From an uncultured archaeon (lineage in GTDB: Archaea; Thermoproteota; Nitrososphaeria; JACIWG01), in NCBI GenBank assembly GCA_938034445.1, contig CALHLD010000004.1, positions 64,067-128,066 of the forward strand: a stretch of DNA of 64,000 bases, given 5' to 3'. A program made the position numbers and the translations under genes. Shown here piece by piece: positions 58,628 to 64,000 of the stretch (its first letter is position 1; every line of letters begins with the position of its first letter). The notes under the pieces are model-generated. The model searched no databases and was not told the DNA's origin. It saw nothing but the letters and a program-made list of their open reading frames with translations.

Positions 58628-59009
58628 CTCCTCAGCCATCATAGCCTTCTTTCTTCGTGAGGAGGGATGGACTAAATTGTCTAAATATATGGTTACAACC
58701 ATATCCGTAGACCATGTTGTTAAAGAGTTCTACAATGCTGTTTGGAAAGCGGTGAACATTAAGAGAGTAAATTTTGAAGAAGTTCCACGTGTTTTAACAT
58801 TGTTCAAGGACTATGTTAAAAGGAACATGGAGCTTAGGAGGGAAGAGGAGTATGTGGATAAAGCGTTAGAAATAGCGTTAGAAAACGAGATAACAATCTA
58901 CGACGCACTCTATATAGCTTTGGCATTATACGAGAAGGGTCAGCTGCTAACGCTCGACGATAAACAACGCCATATATCTAATAGGCTTGGAATAATGACA
59001 ATACCATAA
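58614..59009 (+). CDS. vapC: PIN-domain toxin VapC
   Basis: N-terminal IVADSSAIIAFF (PIN acidic motif) and later conserved acidic residues, 131 aa. Confidence 0.75.
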   Translation: MIVADSSAIIAFFLREEGWTKLSKYMVTTISVDHVVKEFYNAVWKAVNIKRVNFEEVPRVLTLFKDYVKRNMELRREEEYVDKALEIALENEITIYDALYIALALYEKGQLLTLDDKQRHISNRLGIMTIP

Positions 59010-59105
59010 AGTGTATGCATATACTTTATGACATCAAGACATATTAACTGGTGTTAAAGTTGAGGCAGGCACCCTTTCGGTAAATAAGCCATTCATCCAC
59101 TAAAG

Positions 59106-59840
59106 CTATATTTCTACAAATTTCAAAAAATATTTCTCTAACTCGTCAATTATAATTTCTAAAAGTTTTTCACCTTTCTCTCTGCTTCCTAAACTTGGGT
59201 TAAGGTCGACACCATCAGGACAAATTTCCTCTTGGTCAAGTATCATGAATTTCAAATACGATGGCCTTGTTCCCCCCTTAGGTATCAAATCTCTTCTAAC
59301 AAGTTCTGGATATATAACTAAAGCTATGGATGTTTCAAATTCGCCAGAATGGCCTGGGCAAGCATCTTCTTCAAGAACTTTTTCCACTAAATCTTTTGGT
59401 ATGAGATCCCAATAGGAGAGGGCTGCAACTTTCATTTTAAGTTCATCTCTAATTCTAAAACCAATTAACCGTAATGCTGGAACATTCCCTCCATGGCCAT
59501 TTAATAGTATTACCTTACATATTCCATGTTTTCTTAAACTTTTGCAAACCTCAAATATTGCATTCATGAATGTTTCGTTTGAAACTGTTAATGTGCCAGG
59601 CCAGTTCATGTGATGGGGTGAAATTCCGACATTTAATGGTGGGGGTGCTAAAATTACTTTTGGGTATACTCTTTCTACAGCTTTTCTAGCAACGTATAGG
59701 ACTGAGGCAAGGTCGTGTTTCATCGGCAGATGTGGTCCATGCTGTTCTATGCTTCCAACAGGTACAACGACTGCCTTAACCTTTTCAAGGACATTTTTGA
59801 ATTCTTCTCTTGTCATCTCATCTAATGAAACTTTATGCAT
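59106..59840 (-). CDS. creatininase-family amidohydrolase
   Basis: GSIEQHGPHLP and LNGHGGN motifs of PF02633, 244 aa. Confidence 0.8.
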   Translation of the reverse strand: MHKVSLDEMTREEFKNVLEKVKAVVVPVGSIEQHGPHLPMKHDLASVLYVARKAVERVYPKVILAPPPLNVGISPHHMNWPGTLTVSNETFMNAIFEVCKSLRKHGICKVILLNGHGGNVPALRLIGFRIRDELKMKVAALSYWDLIPKDLVEKVLEEDACPGHSGEFETSIALVIYPELVRRDLIPKGGTRPSYLKFMILDQEEICPDGVDLNPSLGSREKGEKLLEIIIDELEKYFLKFVEI

Positions 59841-59887
59841 ACAATATACTATTGGATTGTGTTTAATAAAAATTTGCTATCGATTTG

Positions 59888-60892
59888 CTATTGTTTTATA
59901 TAAATTGTTTCAGGATTAATTACCCAATATGGTTTTTCACCCTTCAAGAACCTTATTATATTTTCTACAGCCGCCCTAAATGTCTCGTACACGGCCTCTT
60001 TGGTTGAGGATGCGATATGTGGTGTCAGTATAACATTTTCCATTGTCAAAAGGGGGTTGTCCTCTGGTAATGGTTCCGGTTCTGTAACATCTAATCCTGC
60101 ACCAGCTATAACGCCATCTTTTAACGCTTTAATCAATGCGCTTGTGTCAACTACAGCTCCTCTACATATGTTTACTAGGTAAGCGCTCTTTTTCATCAAC
60201 ATAAGCTCCCTCTCTCCTATCATTTTTCTTGTCTCCTTAGTCAGAGGCACACTTAATACTATAAAATCTGATTCTTGAAGGAGTCTTTCAAGCTCAACTA
60301 ACTCTGCACCATACAACTGTGCTCTGGCGGGTAAAGTGTAAGGGTCGTACGCTAATATTCTCATATTAAATGCAAGCTTACATTTTAACGCAATTCTTCC
60401 ACCTATATTACCCAAACCTACTATGCCCAAAGTTTTATTCCACAATTGGATTCCCATCCAGTCCATTTTCTTCCATCTGCCATCTCTTACTGCTTTATCC
60501 GCTAAAGTGATCTTCTTAGAAAGGTCTAGTATGAGTGCTAGTGCATGTTGGGCGACTGGTTCAGCATATATTTCTCCGACATTGCAAACTATAACTCCCC
60601 TCCTACTACATTCTTCAACATCTACATGATCATATCCTATACCAAATCCTTGAATGAATTCAAGACTTTTTGCATTCTCAAGAAATTCTTTGTCGACCTT
60701 AACTCCTCCAGCCAGCACGTTAACATCGGCTATCTTTTCAAGCCATTCACTAGCAGTTTTTGGATGATAGACTTCAACTTCCGCAAACTCCATCAGTCTT
60801 TCTGCCAGTCTCTTAAGTTCCATAGGATCTGGTTTCTCACTCCATTCACCTATCGAAGGTACGAGCTCTGGTGCAAGAATCTTCTTCCTCAA
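59888..60892 (-). CDS. gyaR: D-isomer-specific 2-hydroxyacid dehydrogenase (glyoxylate/hydroxypyruvate reductase-like)
   Basis: NAD(P) Rossmann GIVGLGNIGGRIA, a catalytic R/E/H arrangement and the HIAS motif, 334 aa. Confidence 0.85.
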   Translation of the reverse strand: MRKKILAPELVPSIGEWSEKPDPMELKRLAERLMEFAEVEVYHPKTASEWLEKIADVNVLAGGVKVDKEFLENAKSLEFIQGFGIGYDHVDVEECSRRGVIVCNVGEIYAEPVAQHALALILDLSKKITLADKAVRDGRWKKMDWMGIQLWNKTLGIVGLGNIGGRIALKCKLAFNMRILAYDPYTLPARAQLYGAELVELERLLQESDFIVLSVPLTKETRKMIGERELMLMKKSAYLVNICRGAVVDTSALIKALKDGVIAGAGLDVTEPEPLPEDNPLLTMENVILTPHIASSTKEAVYETFRAAVENIIRFLKGEKPYWVINPETIYIKQ

Positions 60893-60967
60893 ATTTTTCC
60901 CCTACCCTCTACAATATATTTTGTCATAATAAAGTATATTAATCTTATCTTCCGCTAAAATCATGAA

Positions 60968-60977
60968 GTTTATATAA
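60968..60977 (+). promoter_or_regulatory. TATA-box-like TTTATATAAT about 30 nt upstream of the enolase ATG, implying a short or absent leader
   Basis: Seen in sequence. The spacing to ATG 61007 matches an archaeal TATA-to-TSS distance plus a few nt of leader. Confidence 0.35.
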
Positions 60978-61006
60978 TATTTGTTTATGATACGTTAATG
61001 GTTTAA

Positions 61007-62293
61007 ATGGAAACCCCTTTCCTAATTAAATATGTCAAGGGCAGAGAGATTATAGACAGTCGAGGTAATCCGACTCTTGAAGTAGATGTTGTTACAGAGG
61101 CTAATGTTTTGGGCCGTGCTTCTGCACCAGCCGGTCGCTCTCGAGGAAAGTATGAGGCGGTTGAAATTAGGGACGGCTCAAAAAGATATAATGGTCTTGG
61201 TGTGCAAAAGGCTGTAAAGATAGTTAACGAAACTGTATCCTCTCTATTAAAGGGAATGGATGTTCGCCTACAAAGAGAAATAGATCAAATTCTAATAGAA
61301 TATGATGGCACAGAAGACAAGTCAAGGATTGGAGGAAATGTTCTAACTGCAACATCATTAGCTGTAGCTAAAGCGGCAGCCGCTAGCCTAAAATTGCCTT
61401 TATACAAATATGTTGGCGGTTCAAACGCGCACATTCTTCCTGTTCCAATGTTTCTGTATGTGTGTGGTGGAAAATTGGCTGCAACCGACCTTGATTTTCA
61501 AGAATTTAACGCTATGCCTACTGGCGCAAAAAGTTTTTCTGAAGCAATGCAGATGGGTTGTGAAGTTTATCATGCTTTAGCTGACATCTTATCTAAAAAG
61601 TTTGGAAAGTATTCTATGAATGTTGGAGATGAAGGTTCTCTTTCACCACCAAATGTTGATTACCCTGACCTAATATTTGAATTAATATTAGAAGCTGTAG
61701 AATCCCAAGGCTATAGTGGAAAGTTTGTTCTGGCATTGGATGCTGCTGCAACACACCTTTACAACAGTCACTCAGGCAAATATAGGTTTAGATGTAAGGA
61801 AGTTGATGCAGGTGAACTTATGGAAATTTATATTGAATTAGCTAAAAAATTTCCTCTAGCCTCTATTGAGGATCCGTTTCATGAAGACGATTTTGAAAGT
61901 TTTGCAGAAATTACAAGGAAATTAAATCATGTTCAGATTGTAGGCGATGACCTATTTGTATCCAACATAAAACGTTTGAAGAAGGGAATTGAATGTGGTG
62001 CTGCAAACGCTATATTGTTAAAGGTTAACCAAATAGGAACACTTTCTGAAGCACTAGATACTGCAGCATATGCTGTGAGAAACAATTATAGTGTTCTTGT
62101 ATCTGAAAGGTCTGCTCAGACAGAGGACACTTGGCTTGCAGAACTTGTTGTAGCTATAAATGCTGGGCAGATTAAGAATGGTGCGCCTGTAAGAAGCGAG
62201 CGTGTGGCGCAGTTTAACCAACTTTTAAGGATTGAGGAAGAATTAGGTGCTGCCGCAAGATATGCAGGAGAAAACTATAGAAGCCCCATATAG
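61007..62293 (+). CDS. eno: enolase (phosphopyruvate hydratase)
   Basis: Enolase N- and C-domains; motifs MPTGAKSFSEAMQMG and KVNQIGTLSE, 428 aa. Confidence 0.95.
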   Translation: METPFLIKYVKGREIIDSRGNPTLEVDVVTEANVLGRASAPAGRSRGKYEAVEIRDGSKRYNGLGVQKAVKIVNETVSSLLKGMDVRLQREIDQILIEYDGTEDKSRIGGNVLTATSLAVAKAAAASLKLPLYKYVGGSNAHILPVPMFLYVCGGKLAATDLDFQEFNAMPTGAKSFSEAMQMGCEVYHALADILSKKFGKYSMNVGDEGSLSPPNVDYPDLIFELILEAVESQGYSGKFVLALDAAATHLYNSHSGKYRFRCKEVDAGELMEIYIELAKKFPLASIEDPFHEDDFESFAEITRKLNHVQIVGDDLFVSNIKRLKKGIECGAANAILLKVNQIGTLSEALDTAAYAVRNNYSVLVSERSAQTEDTWLAELVVAINAGQIKNGAPVRSERVAQFNQLLRIEEELGAAARYAGENYRSPI

Positions 62294-62311
62294 TCTACTA
62301 TAAACGTACGT

Positions 62312-63682
62312 GTGATGCTCATAAAAAATTTTGACAAGCTCAGTACATCTTTAGGGAGAAAAATTGTGCTTGAGATCATTGAAAAAACTTTGGAAGATGT
62401 TAACTACTATAATCTGATAAAAAAATATGTTCACCTAAATGATAATGTAATACAAATTAAAGATAGTTTCTTTAACTTAAAAGATTTTGAAAAAATATAT
62501 TTTATTGCAGGCGGAAAAAACTCATCATTTATGGCTAAGGCGTTTGAAGAGGTTTTAGGTGAAAGAATCTCAGAATCTATAGTTGTTGAAAAAAGGGGTT
62601 ATTGTTCTATTAGATTGAAATTTCCAATTGTATACGCTGGTCACCCATTACCTGACAATGAAAGTTTAAGTGCAGGTGAGAAGGTAATTTGTTTGGCGAA
62701 AAAGGCTTGCGAGAAAGACCTTGTCATCGTTTGTGTAAGTGGAGGTTGGACTGCATTAACAACATGTCCTCCACCCACTCTACCTTTTGAGGATGTTGTT
62801 GAAACATATAGGTTGCTTCTTTTTTCAGGAATGCCTTTAAATCAAATGAATGTTGTTAGAAACCATATTTCCATGCTTGGTAAAGGTAAGCTTCTAAAGT
62901 ATGTTAATGGTGCTACGGTAATAGGGTTAATTGCTGTAGACGAGGTTGGGGGTGAAGCTTGGGGTCCAACTGTTAAAGACAATACGACGTTTAAGGATGT
63001 GCTGCAAATTCTAGAAAATTACGGTTTACTAGACAAGGTTCCCGAATCCATAAGAAACTATGTTTTAGAAAATCTTTTGATAGAAAATTATAGCTTAAAT
63101 GTATGTGATTTGAAGGAGACTAGGGTTCAAAATTTTGTTCTAGTAAACAACATCGACTTGTGTAATATAGCGTTAGAGCATGCAAAAGATTATGCTCCAT
63201 CATATGTCCTTACAACCTCTTTGGAGGGTGAAGCAAAGGATGTTGGAACTGTAATTTCTTCTATAGCTAAAGAAATTTTATTGTATCATAGACCATTTTC
63301 TCCTCCATGTATTCTAATAGCTGGTGGAGAAACTACAGTATCTATTGGCAACGAATATGGTGAAGGTGGAAGAAACCAGGAACTTGCGCTTTCAAGTGCA
63401 TTAGGTATTGCGGGCACAAATGTTGTTTTAGCTTCAATTGCAACGGATGGAACTGATGGTCCAACAGAGATTGCTGGAGCAATTGTTGATGGCTCAACTC
63501 TATTAAGGTGTAAAGAGTATGGAATAGACTTGTTCAAAGAGCTAAAACGTCATAATTCTTCACACGTTTGGAGGATTTTGGGTGACGCCATCTATACAGA
63601 AGAAACAGGGACAAACTTGATGGATTTAATAGTTGTTTACATAAATTCGACGAGAAATCCTAGAACTTTAGTTCTGGGATGA
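62312..63682 (+). CDS. glycerate 2-kinase (MOFRL family)
   Basis: DUF4147-like N-domain and the MOFRL C-domain with IATDGTDGPTEIAGAIVDG, 456 aa. Adjacent to eno. Confidence 0.8.
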   Translation: MMLIKNFDKLSTSLGRKIVLEIIEKTLEDVNYYNLIKKYVHLNDNVIQIKDSFFNLKDFEKIYFIAGGKNSSFMAKAFEEVLGERISESIVVEKRGYCSIRLKFPIVYAGHPLPDNESLSAGEKVICLAKKACEKDLVIVCVSGGWTALTTCPPPTLPFEDVVETYRLLLFSGMPLNQMNVVRNHISMLGKGKLLKYVNGATVIGLIAVDEVGGEAWGPTVKDNTTFKDVLQILENYGLLDKVPESIRNYVLENLLIENYSLNVCDLKETRVQNFVLVNNIDLCNIALEHAKDYAPSYVLTTSLEGEAKDVGTVISSIAKEILLYHRPFSPPCILIAGGETTVSIGNEYGEGGRNQELALSSALGIAGTNVVLASIATDGTDGPTEIAGAIVDGSTLLRCKEYGIDLFKELKRHNSSHVWRILGDAIYTEETGTNLMDLIVVYINSTRNPRTLVLG

Positions 63683-63734
63683 AGGGGAGAGTGCCAAATC
63701 CCTTTGATTTTAGAAAAGTTTTTATCCTAAACCT

Positions 63735-64000
63735 ATGTTGTCAGAACATATGTCTGAGCTCATTGAAAAAGCTAAAGCGGCAAAAGCTGCCTCATACGAG
63801 CTTGCTAAATCTTCTGATGAAACGAGAAAGAAGGCTTTAGTTTCCATGTCCAAGGCTGTTTTGGAGCATGCTAAAGAAATTCTTGAAGCTAATGCAAAAG
63901 ATTTAGAAGAGTTTAAGAAAGCAAATCCGAGTTCACCTTTAATCGATAGACTATTGCTTAATGAAAAGAGGGTTAAAGATTGCTCTGATGGTCTCTTGAA
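63735..64000 (+). CDS. proA: gamma-glutamyl phosphate reductase (glutamate-5-semialdehyde dehydrogenase), N-terminal part; continues beyond the window
   Basis: N-terminal ProA signature ...AKAAKAASYELAKSSDETRKKAL...ILEANAKDL...SPLIDRLLLNEKRV. The frame is open to position 64000. Confidence 0.7.
   Translation, partial: MLSEHMSELIEKAKAAKAASYELAKSSDETRKKALVSMSKAVLEHAKEILEANAKDLEEFKKANPSSPLIDRLLLNEKRVKDCSDGLL

Noticed and set aside
1-64000. CRISPR arrays, IS elements, transposases, integrases and rRNA/tRNA genes
   Set aside because: No direct-repeat/spacer periodicity, no DDE or tyrosine-recombinase motifs, and no rRNA-like or cloverleaf GC-rich segments were seen on either strand.

Overview
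This 64 kb window is densely coded (about 70 genes on both strands), AT-rich (by eye ~35% GC), and looks like archaeal chromosomal DNA, most likely from a crenarchaeal/TACK-type organism. The archaeal assignment rests on TFB, TBP, aIF1/SUI1, a Sec11-type signal peptidase, a fused ThiD-ThiN, an archaeal-style Thr-rich membrane-anchored ABC binding protein, frequent TTG starts, and TATA/BRE-like promoters about 30 nt upstream of starts. All functions below are called from motifs read directly in the translated ORFs; no database search was possible.

The content is mainly core metabolism and information processing:
- a 4-subunit pyruvate/2-oxoacid:ferredoxin oxidoreductase operon
- gdhA, eno, glycerate 2-kinase, a 2-hydroxyacid dehydrogenase, trxB, pyrE, dcd, nfo
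- tandem moeA genes, proB and a partial proA
- a dppBCDFA peptide ABC operon and an ABC-2 exporter
- a thiamine-salvage cluster (cytX-thiDN-thiW)
- a QueT transporter, two CPBP intramembrane proteases, an S2P protease and a VapBC pair

I found no rRNA or tRNA genes, CRISPR arrays, transposases or integrases.

Items worth a second look:
- an amino-acid permease split by a single in-frame TAA
- a GC-rich H-type pseudoknot-forming element beside queT
- a candidate antisense C/D-box sRNA at the MFS gene 3' end
- a wHTH-Hjc-like nuclease fusion
- an alpha/beta-hydrolase fused to a polytopic membrane domain
- a His-less LarA-like paralog
- a CofE-like / NTP-transferase-like / small P-loop protein neighbourhood
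- a glycosylation-sequon-rich secreted protein co-operonic with signal peptidase
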